Source: Eubacteriales bacterium (GTDB lineage Bacteria; Bacillota; Clostridia; Oscillospirales; CAG-272). From it: DNA of 64,000 nucleotides. Below, piece by piece: positions 47,268 through 56,061 of the stretch. Location: NCBI GenBank assembly GCA_045636465.1, contig JAZTXP010000013.1, positions 24,686 through 88,685 of the forward strand, in the 5' to 3' direction. The notes under the pieces were generated by a model. That model had not been told where the DNA came from, ran no database searches, and worked only from the letters and a program-made list of their open reading frames with translations. Position 1 is the first letter of the stretch. Each line of letters begins with the position of its first letter. The position numbers were made by a program, and so were the translations under genes.

Positions 47268-47983
47268 AAAAATGTCCTCCTTTAAAATTTTGATATCATA
47301 ATCTCAAATATTTAACCCGCGGTCAACGGCAATTTTCTACGGTGTTAATCTGTTTGAAAAAATAATAACTTGTTTTTATTCACTTTCCGCGGAGTGAATG
47401 AAAAATGCATATTATGCATATTTTTTCGTCCAGCAAAAAATAAATATGCCTTATTGTATCACATCTCCAAAGAAATATCAACAGACTATGAGAAACTTTC
47501 ATACCCTTATCTCAAAGTATAATAAGCCAAATAAAAACCTTTGTTAAATATGCACTAAACTCTAGAAAAATGACGGGTTTTATTGTGCATTTTATATATT
47601 TTATTATATTTAGGGGAAAAGTAAGGCTTTTTTTGACATTTTCGAGTATGCAAAAAAGCTTCTGCCGATACCACGCGGCATACAGAAAAATAAAGCCAAA
47701 ATGTGCCCAAAACAAAGATACGTTGTTTTTTGTCATAGTATGCAAAAAGTATGCTATGTGTCCCGGGCATCCCGTATTTTTTCATATAGAGAGAAAATTT
47801 ACAAATCATTTAAGAAATATTTACCTTGTAGGCAGTCTTTTCTCTTTTCGAGGTTAATTTTTCAACCGTTTGAGCTTTTGTTATTCCTTTTGAAATGATA
47901 AACAGAACTCCTCTGCAGCTTTTAAGCCTTATTTTTCCCACCTCCGACGTGCATATACATTTTCATTCCGGGTTCCGCCAAGT

Positions 47984-48026
47984 AAAAAGAAAAAGAGCCG
48001 TTTTTTCTGAAATTACGACTCTTTTC
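47984..48026 (-). terminator. Rho-independent terminator after pepF
   Basis: On the minus strand: AAAAGAGTCG ... CGGCTCTTTT hairpin (one G-U pair) followed by TCTTTTT. Confidence 0.6.
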
Positions 48027-48099
48027 TTCCTTATATATTTTAAAGCGGAGAAAAATGTTGGACATTTTTCCGTTATTTAGCGCTTAAAACATGGGGGGA

Positions 48100-49899
48100 T
48101 TATTTATTGTTATAAATTTCTCTGAACTGACGGACGCAGGATGCGAAGTCCTCGATCGCGCCGTTAATAACCTCGGGAGAGGTCATATCGATGCCTGCAA
48201 CCTTAAGGCTATCAAGAGGAGACTTGGAATCGCCGCACTTGAGGAAATCGATATACTGATTTACGTAGGACGGGCCCTCGGTTTCGATTCTCTTTACGAT
48301 TGCGGATGCCGCGGAAATGCAGGTAGCGTACTTATATACGTAGAAGCTGGTGTAGAAATGAGGAATTCTCATCCATTCGAAGGCGATCTGGCGGTCGATT
48401 GCCACCTTGGGGCCGAAATACTTGCGAACAAGCTTCTTATAATGGGTATTGATAACGTCGGCAGTGAGAGGAGTTCCCTTCTCTGTCATCGCGTGCATAT
48501 CGCGCTCAAACTCCGCAAACATAGTCTGACGGTAGAGAGTTCCCTTATAGGTCTCGATAAGCTGATTGAGGATATAGAGCTTCTCCTCCGCGCTTTCGCA
48601 CTCTGCAAGCTTTCTGTGAGCCATAAGAAGCTCGTTAACGGTAGATGCAACCTCTGCAACGAAGATGGTGTAACCTGCATTATGAGGCTCGTTGTAGGTG
48701 TTTGAGAAATAGGTATGCATAGAGTGACCTGCCTCGTGGGCAAGAGTGGACACGTCGTTGAAGGTTTCGGTGTAGTTCATAAGGATGTAGGGCTCTGTGC
48801 CGGGGCAGCCTGAGCTGAATGCGCCGCCTCTTTTACCCTTTGCGGGATAAACGTCTACCCATCCGCGCTCGGTGAGACCGGCTTTAAGGGTGGAGTGATA
48901 CTCTTCGCCGAATACCTCTGCGGTCTTGATAACCTCTTCAACCGCCTCCTCGTAGGTGTACTTCTTGTCAAGCTCGCCGATAAGGGGCGCGTAGAGATCA
49001 TACATATGAAGCTTGTCAACACCAAGAACCTCGCGCTTGAGATCATAGTAATCATAAAGGGCGGGGAGCCCCTTGTGAACCGACTTAATAAGATTATTAT
49101 AAATGGTAGGATCTACCTCATCACGGAAGGTGGAGGCGGTGATGGAATTTTTAAAGTTGCGAATCTTCGCCATAGCGCATCTTTCCTTAACGTGAGATGC
49201 AAAGAGAGTGGCAAAGGTGTTACCAAACTGCTCGTAGGTCTTGTAAAGAGTGCGGAAGGCAGACTGGCGAACGCGGCGGTCGGGACTCATAAGCATAGTA
49301 ACATAGCTCGCATCCTCAATCTGCACCATATTGCCTTTTTCATCCTTAATCTTGCCAAATTGTAAATCAGAGTTTGCAAAAATGCTACGAACTTGGCTGT
49401 TCGAACCAAGAGCATCACTCACCTTTGTCATAAGCTTTTCACATTCATCGGAGAGAGTGTGCTTCTTTTCAGCCTGGCTTTTCTCTATCATTCTGCGGAA
49501 GGATTCAAGGCGAGGCTCTACTGCGAACCAGGACTCAACAACCTTGGAATCAAGCTTGATAAGATAGGGGGATACGAACCAGGTAGTCTGCCCCATCATT
49601 ACCGAGAGGTTTCTTACTCTCGCATTCATCGCCTGATATGCGTTGTTGGAGCTGTCGGTAGCAAAGTGAAGAGATGCATACTGCCAGAGTCTTTCAAGCT
49701 TCTCAATAAGAGTAGCCATATCGCGAAGAGCCTCATAGAGAGCGGTAGCGGAGCCGGTCATAGTTTTTTCGTGCTTTGCATAGTCACGTGCCATCTCCTC
49801 TGCCAGCTTCAAATCAGCATTAAAATCATCCTCCGTTTTGTATATTACGGTGAGATCCCACTTATATTTTGCGGGAACGTCTTTTCTGTCAAGTGCCAT
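48100..49899 (-). CDS. pepF: Oligoendopeptidase F (M3B metallopeptidase)
   Basis: 599 aa. HEAGHSMH zinc motif and typical PepF N-terminus (KYKWDLTVIY). Confidence 0.95.
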   Translation of the reverse strand: MALDRKDVPAKYKWDLTVIYKTEDDFNADLKLAEEMARDYAKHEKTMTGSATALYEALRDMATLIEKLERLWQYASLHFATDSSNNAYQAMNARVRNLSVMMGQTTWFVSPYLIKLDSKVVESWFAVEPRLESFRRMIEKSQAEKKHTLSDECEKLMTKVSDALGSNSQVRSIFANSDLQFGKIKDEKGNMVQIEDASYVTMLMSPDRRVRQSAFRTLYKTYEQFGNTFATLFASHVKERCAMAKIRNFKNSITASTFRDEVDPTIYNNLIKSVHKGLPALYDYYDLKREVLGVDKLHMYDLYAPLIGELDKKYTYEEAVEEVIKTAEVFGEEYHSTLKAGLTERGWVDVYPAKGKRGGAFSSGCPGTEPYILMNYTETFNDVSTLAHEAGHSMHTYFSNTYNEPHNAGYTIFVAEVASTVNELLMAHRKLAECESAEEKLYILNQLIETYKGTLYRQTMFAEFERDMHAMTEKGTPLTADVINTHYKKLVRKYFGPKVAIDRQIAFEWMRIPHFYTSFYVYKYATCISAASAIVKRIETEGPSYVNQYIDFLKCGDSKSPLDSLKVAGIDMTSPEVINGAIEDFASCVRQFREIYNNK

Positions 49900-50121
49900 T
49901 TTTTATACTTCCTTTCGGGATTATTTTTAAGTATATAAATATCATATCAGCATTTTATGGAAAAATCAATAGCAAAGAACAAAAAAGTTAAAAAATTCAC
50001 ATATTAGTGCTTTGTTTTTACCGCGTTTTCTCCGCCCCTGAATGTTTTTCAAAAACGTGAAAGAGAGTCGAATTCATTTTTTTACGTTTCACTAACCTAC
50101 AGAGCGTGTTTCGGGAGACGC

Positions 50122-50151
50122 AAAAATGCCCCGAACCGCAAGATCCGAGGC
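50122..50151 (-). terminator. Probable terminator after the ZIP transporter gene
   Basis: On the minus strand: GCCTCGGA-TCTTGCGG-TTCGGGGC (8 bp including two G-U pairs) followed by ATTTTTG. Confidence 0.5.
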
Positions 50152-50222
50152 AATCTCAGTATTAAGATTTGTTTGGATTTTTCTAATACTTTTCCACCCT
50201 AACTATTGATAAATAGGCAGAT

Positions 50223-51029
50223 TTATAAGAAGAAATCCATAACCAGCATTACCGCAAAGCCCACCAGAAGCGAATATGTGGCGGCTCGCTGGTATCCGTG
50301 TTCATGTGTTTCGGGAATCATCTCGTCGGAAATAACATAAAGCATTGTTCCGCCTGCAAAGGCAAGAGCAAAGGGGAGAATTGCCGATGCCATGTGCACG
50401 GCAAAGTAACCGATAAATGTTCCGAACACCTCTACAAGTCCGGTCAGGGATGCATAGAGGAAGGTTTTCTTCGGGCTCACGCCTGCGGAAAGCATAGGCG
50501 CGATAATTACCATGCCCTCAGGGATATTCTGCAGAGCAATACCGAGAGCTATCATAAAAGCCTCGGCATTATTTCCCGAGCCGAATCCCACTCCGGCGGC
50601 TATCCCTTCAGGGAGATTGTGGATAGCAATAGCAAGAACAAACAAAAGAACCTTATTGACTCTGGCATCATTATTACTTACACTTAGGAGGGCTTTATCA
50701 ACCACATCATTGCCCCTATGCTCCTCGTTTTCCCCACCGTCGGGGTTATGAAGATGAGGCACCAGCTTATCAAGAAGGCTTATAACGAGAGCGCCAAGGA
50801 ATATACCGGCAACGGTGATAATTATAGCAGGCCAACCCACCATTTCCTCGCCGTATTCCAGTGACGGAATGATAAGCCCAAGTACCGCTGCCGCAAGCAT
50901 TATTCCGGCAGCAAAGGCAAGGATTATATCGCTGAATTTATGAGATATTTCCTTAAAGCAGAAGCCTATAACAGCACCTATGACTGTTGCTCCTCCTACT
51001 CCAAGAGCAGTAATTAAAACTATTTCCAT
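50223..51029 (-). CDS. zupT: ZIP-family divalent metal (zinc) transporter
   Basis: 268 aa, 8 TM. Conserved HNLPEGIA and QNIPEGM motifs. His/Glu/Asp-rich cytoplasmic loop (HLHNPDGGENEEHRGND). Confidence 0.9.
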   Translation of the reverse strand: MEIVLITALGVGGATVIGAVIGFCFKEISHKFSDIILAFAAGIMLAAAVLGLIIPSLEYGEEMVGWPAIIITVAGIFLGALVISLLDKLVPHLHNPDGGENEEHRGNDVVDKALLSVSNNDARVNKVLLFVLAIAIHNLPEGIAAGVGFGSGNNAEAFMIALGIALQNIPEGMVIIAPMLSAGVSPKKTFLYASLTGLVEVFGTFIGYFAVHMASAILPFALAFAGGTMLYVISDEMIPETHEHGYQRAATYSLLVGFAVMLVMDFFL

Positions 51030-51154
51030 ATTTTATTTCCTTTGGTTAACGTTTATTGAAAAACGCGAGACTTTCGCTATTTCATTTTATGCAAAAACAA
51101 GTTTTTGGTGACAAATATGGGATTTTGTAATGCAAAGTTTACATATTCGCAGAT

Positions 51155-54100
51155 TTATCTGAATTTCTTAATCAGAACAAAAGCAATAAGAGCCATTAAA
51201 GCAACAGAGGAGATAACAATCACTACTATGACCAAGGTGCTATCCGAGCCGCCAAGAGGATCGATATGCTCGCTCTCGATCTCGCCGCAGATCTGACATT
51301 CGCGGCTCTTTATTCCTTCGGCATCCTCTGTAGGCTCAAGGACTGTATAATACTCACCAAACCTATGCTCGGAGGGTTCTCTCACCCAGCCGCACACATT
51401 GCATTTTTCGTCACAATCATTATCATACCGATGATGCGAGATCTCTCTTACCTCGCCGCAAAGATTACAGTCCTTATCGCAGGCATTGTCATATCCATGA
51501 CCCAACACTTCTCTTTCGATACTGCATTCATTGCACTCCGAGTCACACACGTTATCGTATACGTGATCTCCTACAGAACGGATAGCTTTACAAAGGTCGC
51601 AATCTATATCACAATTATTGCTGAAGCTGTGAGACAAAGACGGATTTAGTGCCGCACCGCAGGAATCGCAGACCTCGTCGCACCCCGAGGCAGGAAGGTG
51701 AGGTATGTTATTCCTCGCTGTGCCACAATTTTTGCAGCTTGCCGAGCAATGGCTTTCATATTCGTGCTTAGTATCCTCTCTCACTGCATGGCACTCGTTG
51801 CAAATGCTGTCGCAGGAGCCGTCGTAAACGTGATCACTCCGAAGTCTTTCTTCAGAGCAAACGTTACAAATCGCATCACAGTTATTATCATAGGTATGGG
51901 ATGCAGAAGCTTGATGCCAAACTCCGCAAATATCGCAATGTTCGTCACAAACGTAGCTATAAACATGCCCCTCTGTCTCGCGTATAGATTCGCAAACGTT
52001 GCAATCAATATCGCAGGCATTGGTGTAGGTATGGGACGCGCCGTTTGTATCGCGCTCAAGACCGCAGTCTTTGTTGCAAATGGCATCGCAGTCGCCGCTG
52101 AAACTATGCTCGGTAGAACGTGCAAATTCGCATTCATTACATTCACTGTCGCAATCGTTGTCGAAATTGTGAGGAACATCTATGCGGATATATCCACAGC
52201 CGAGACATCTGTTGCCACAGGGCTCGTTATACGTATGGATTATCTCACGGATCGTACCGCAAAGGTCACATATCTCATCACAAGAGCCCGAATAGGAGTG
52301 ATCAGAGGGGACGCGCGCGGCTCCGCATACAGAGCATATCGCATCCTTACAAGAGGCAAAGCTATGGGGCTCGGATTCTCTCACTTCACCGCAATAGACG
52401 CATTCGGCAGAACAGGCATGAGGGTAAAGATGCTCAGAGGAAATCCTCTCCGCTCCACAGAGATCACACCGGCTATCGCACTCATATTCGTAGCTATGAG
52501 GCTCTGCCTCGCGCACCTCGCCGCACTCGCTGCAATCAGTGTCGCAATCAGATAAATAGTAATGATCTCCAACCTCTCGGGTTTGTCCGCACACGTTACA
52601 GTCGCTATCGCATAAATTAAGGTAGGTATGCTTCTCTGCTTCACGGATGGCTCCGCACACGGCGCAAGCCTCGGAGCAGGAGTGCGGATAAACGTGAAAA
52701 TCATCTCTTATTTCACCGCAAACATTGCAGTCCCCGTCGCAAACGTTATCGTACTTATGACCGATAACCGACCTAGAAAATCCGCAAAGATTGCAATCTA
52801 TATCAAAGCAAGATGAGAATTTATGAGGCGCGCTGTCACGAAGTGCAGAACATATATTACAATCGGGATCACAATCGCCGTCGTAACTATGCTCTACTTT
52901 TCGAGTAAGTCCACAGCCTCCACAGGTATCATCACAGATCTCGTCATAATAATGTATCGCTTCACGCATCTCACCGCAAATATCACAACTTTCGTCGCAA
53001 TTGTCAATATAAGTGTGCATTTTTGTGGCGTTTCTCTCCAAATTACAAAAATCACAAAATTGAGAGCATTCAAACTTGTATAGATGATCGGGATAAATTA
53101 CAGTATCGCCTTCGGTATTTGAATAAACCTCATTGCGAGACTCCGATCCGGGGCAATCGTATGTATAAGAGACAAAAACCCTGTTTCCGAAGAAGGCGGG
53201 CAACCCGCATCCGACGGTCTGGAAATAGACCTCTCCGCCGCTGTTCAGAAGATAGCAAACCTCGCCGGAAAGAAAGGCATCTCTAGTCCTACAGCTTGTC
53301 CCGCCTATATTGTCAAGCTCTTCATTTGCAAGGTAATAATTGTCGGTATGCTCCCCGCCCGCTCCGGGCGCTGAGATGATCGGTCCGTTTATTTCTCCTA
53401 TAACATTTCCTGCGAAATAGCAATATTTTATTTCTCCTATAGATTCCGCGGCAATTCCGCCTGCATGTCTCAGCGATCCTGCCACCGCATCAAAGCCGCC
53501 AAAGCAGTAGCTGATAACGCCGCTATTAAGCCCTGCAATGCCTCCGGCATAATCTTGAGCTTGCGCACCGGCAGCAAATTCGGTTTCAATAATCGTTCCA
53601 TAGTTTAGCCCTGCTACACCGCCTGCCCATTCTTCGGCATAAGCGCCGCCCTACAGTAACTGTGACGTCTCTGATTTCTCCGCAATTCACACCCGCCAGA
53701 GTACCCGCGGTATTTGCCGACGTATAAACGTAAGAGTCGCTTACAGTAAGATTTCTAACCGCGCCTCCCTCCTCGATAATGCGTATCATACCGACGTTAT
53801 CGGAATCGGCTTTTGCATAGATACCGCTGACGGTATGTCCGCCGCCGTCAAGGACACCAGAGAAGGAGGGGATCATAGCCCACTCACGAATACGTAAGCC
53901 GAGAGGCAAGCTGGGCTCACCCGTCACGGGATCAATGATAATGCTAGCGGTAAGATCAGCATTTATTTCAATGTCGGCAACCATAAGACCACATATATCC
54001 GAGTTGGTCTTCGCCTCATTTGCAAACCAAAAAAGATCGTCCGCATCAGCGATCCTGTAGTATCCGAAATATTCCTTGCCAAGCTCCTCGTAGCTCCCTT

Positions 54101-54254
54101 GCCCAATGATCGCGGGCCGATCCTCTGCCGCAAGAGAAGCGCCATCGCCTATACCAAGCGACAGGGAGGCCACAAGGCAAAGCATAATCACCGCCCCCAT
54201 TTTAGTCAGTGCAAGAATAATTTTTTGAATAAATCCTTTTAGCAGTCTGTTCAT
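51155..54254 (-). pseudogene. Large surface protein gene (signal peptide, GLUG-like region, ~26 His/Cys3 repeats, C-terminal TM anchor) interrupted by a single +1/-1 frameshift near 53650
   Basis: ORF 53586-54254 carries the signal peptide and head domain but ends in out-of-frame-looking residues (GRRLCRRMGRRCSRAKLWNDY). The neighbouring frame is open from 53650 down to 51155. It continues with GGAYAEEWAGGVAGLNYG..., matching the repeat pattern of the N-terminal part. A 1-nt change in the GGG run (53649-51 on the + strand) restores one ORF of about 1030 codons. Confidence 0.75.
51266..53086 (-). repeat. About 26 tandem coding repeats of ~66 bp (21-25 codons): H-x-[YF]-x3-C-D-x2-C-x2-C-G-x2-R
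   Basis: Counted directly in the 776-aa translation from HLYKFECSQFCDFCNLER to HRYDNDCDEKCNVCGWVRE. H-x6-C-x3-C-x2-C spacing is conserved in nearly all units. Confidence 0.9.
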
Positions 54255-54381
54255 CTAAGTCACCTTCTTAATCTTCATAATTTTCAAGTCGCGGAAGTAC
54301 AAAGGTCCGCAAAAAGCAACAGAGGCTGTCTCAAATCAATTCTGAGGCGGCCTCTCTTGCTTGGAATATGGTCTTTTAAAA

Positions 54382-55341
54382 TCATTCGGTCTTTATCTTT
54401 TTGCCCTCATATTTTCTGTTCAGCCCGGAAAGAAGCCTTGCCAAAGCAATTCCTGCCGCTATGCAAAGCGTATTTATCACGGCCGAAAGGATGGATGTAC
54501 CAAAGCTCTCAAAGGGAATAATAACCGCAGTAGCCGCAATAACCACACCTACCACGATATTCTGTGCCACCGAATAATGCTTGTCAAAGAGACCCGATAT
54601 AAGCCTAGAGAAGGCTATGAAGGTTACCAGCGCACCTATTCCTGCCGGTATAAGAACTGCCATGTCAAAATCGCCTATGCCCTGCACAAATGGAGTATAA
54701 AGTCCAAGAGGCATCAGCATAGTGGAGAAGCTCATACCCGGCACGATGACGCTGAATGCAAGAGCGCAGCCGCAAAGAATATACCAAAGGAAATTCGGCT
54801 GTATCTCAACACTCATAGCGCGAAGGGATACCAATATACTAAGCACAACAACACAGGAAAGAGCAAGTCCAAGATAAGAAAGCACTCTGTTTTTCCCCTT
54901 GCCTACAGAAACAAAAAGCGAGGGGAGCATACCTGCAACCAGGCCTATGAAAACGCAAGTACAGGGCGCTTCAAATCTTGTAAGAAGCATTTCCAGCATT
55001 TTTGATACGCCCCAGAATCCTATGAATATGCCAACTATATAGGGCATAAGTATTTTCAGCTTGCTTTTGAGATTCAAGAAGGGATGTGATATAAAATCCA
55101 TAACCACAGGGTAGATGCCAAAGATTACGCAAAGAACTCCGCCGGAAACGCCGGGCAAAACCGCACCCACGCCTATGAGAATTCCGCACAGAAGCTTCAG
55201 TGCAATCCTTGTCATAAGACTTCCTTCATTGCTCTCAAGCCGCTCTCTAATCTTATCAAGCTCGTTTTTAACCCCGTGAACAGCGGCCCCGTTCTGTCGA
55301 TCCGCCTCGCCGGGTTCTTTAACCTTTTTAGATTCTTCCAC
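54382..55341 (-). CDS. DUF368-family membrane protein (family recently linked to polyprenyl/undecaprenyl-phosphate translocation)
   Basis: 319 aa, multi-TM, with duplicated G(V/M)SGG-type motifs (LPGVSGGVLCVIFGIY, VPGMSFSTMLM). The N-terminal ~40 aa are hydrophilic. Confidence 0.75.
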   Translation of the reverse strand: MEESKKVKEPGEADRQNGAAVHGVKNELDKIRERLESNEGSLMTRIALKLLCGILIGVGAVLPGVSGGVLCVIFGIYPVVMDFISHPFLNLKSKLKILMPYIVGIFIGFWGVSKMLEMLLTRFEAPCTCVFIGLVAGMLPSLFVSVGKGKNRVLSYLGLALSCVVVLSILVSLRAMSVEIQPNFLWYILCGCALAFSVIVPGMSFSTMLMPLGLYTPFVQGIGDFDMAVLIPAGIGALVTFIAFSRLISGLFDKHYSVAQNIVVGVVIAATAVIIPFESFGTSILSAVINTLCIAAGIALARLLSGLNRKYEGKKIKTE

Positions 55342-55428
55342 CTTGTTTTTTCCTCTATTTTATAAAGTTTTGTTTACATTTTGCCTTATTAAGCAAAGCC
55401 AAACATTCTCAACTTTTTTGAGATAAAT

Positions 55429-55983
55429 CTATTTTACATTTCTCTTTGAGGGAGTAGTGAAGTCCTCCTCGGTTCTTGTATCGCTATGATCGCAAAAGAA
55501 GAACATCATATCTATTATTGACTTGTCATAGGAAATAAATTCCCTGCGGTCGATCATTTCGTGGATCTTCTCCCTCGATGCCCAAGCGACCCTCTCAACC
55601 TCCTCGTACTGAAGAGAAAGACTGTCAAGATCCACGTCCATATTAAGAAGATAGAAATCGGCAAATACAGAATCAAATGTAAATGCCACCTTTGGAGCAA
55701 TACCCGCGAGAGATATCTCCAAGCCAAGCTCCTCCCGCACCTCGCGCTCTGCTGCAGTTCTGTTATCATCTCCGGCGATTGCCGCACCGCCTACGGTAAT
55801 ATCCCATAGTCCCGACCAGCCCTGCTTAAAGGGTTGTCTTTTCTGTATAAGCATCTCGCCTTTAGAATTAAAGATACAAATTCCGACCACCAGGCGGTAA
55901 TACCCTTCCGGCGTTTTTTCACCTCGAACCATCTTTTTATCTGTGAGTTTTCTGTCTACGTCGTAGAGATCCCAAATCTCCAT
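55429..55983 (-). CDS. NUDIX hydrolase
   Basis: 184 aa. Nudix box GGAAIAGDDNRTAAEREVREELGL. Confidence 0.85.
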   Translation of the reverse strand: MEIWDLYDVDRKLTDKKMVRGEKTPEGYYRLVVGICIFNSKGEMLIQKRQPFKQGWSGLWDITVGGAAIAGDDNRTAAEREVREELGLEISLAGIAPKVAFTFDSVFADFYLLNMDVDLDSLSLQYEEVERVAWASREKIHEMIDRREFISYDKSIIDMMFFFCDHSDTRTEEDFTTPSKRNVK

Positions 55984-56061
55984 AGCTTAAGTTCTCCTAT
56001 TATAAAAGCGGTAAATTGACCGGTTTAGTTGTCTTTTTGTATGTTTTTTCTTAAGAGACCT

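Noticed and set aside
44601-47285. An 894-codon ORF on the + strand covering the whole Opp-like SBP gene.
   Set aside because: It lies exactly antisense to a gene with a clear lipoprotein signal and family-5 SBP similarity. Its translation is Cys/Val/Ser-rich with no recognisable domains and no RBS. It is a shadow ORF, kept open because the sense strand rarely uses codons whose complements are stops.
47512-47898. Several 60-95-codon ORFs on both strands in the long pepF/Opp intergenic region.
   Set aside because: All are AT-rich-derived (F/K/I/Y-rich), mutually overlapping and lack ribosome-binding sites. None looks like a real small protein, although a decayed gene remnant cannot be excluded without tblastx.
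51126-51143. Inverted repeat TGTAAT-GCAAAG-TTTACA upstream of the ZIP transporter gene, considered as a Zur or Crp-type operator.
   Set aside because: Only the outer 5 nt pair (5-8-5). There is no similarity to the Zur box, and the spacing differs from the dfx palindrome. It is too weak to call.
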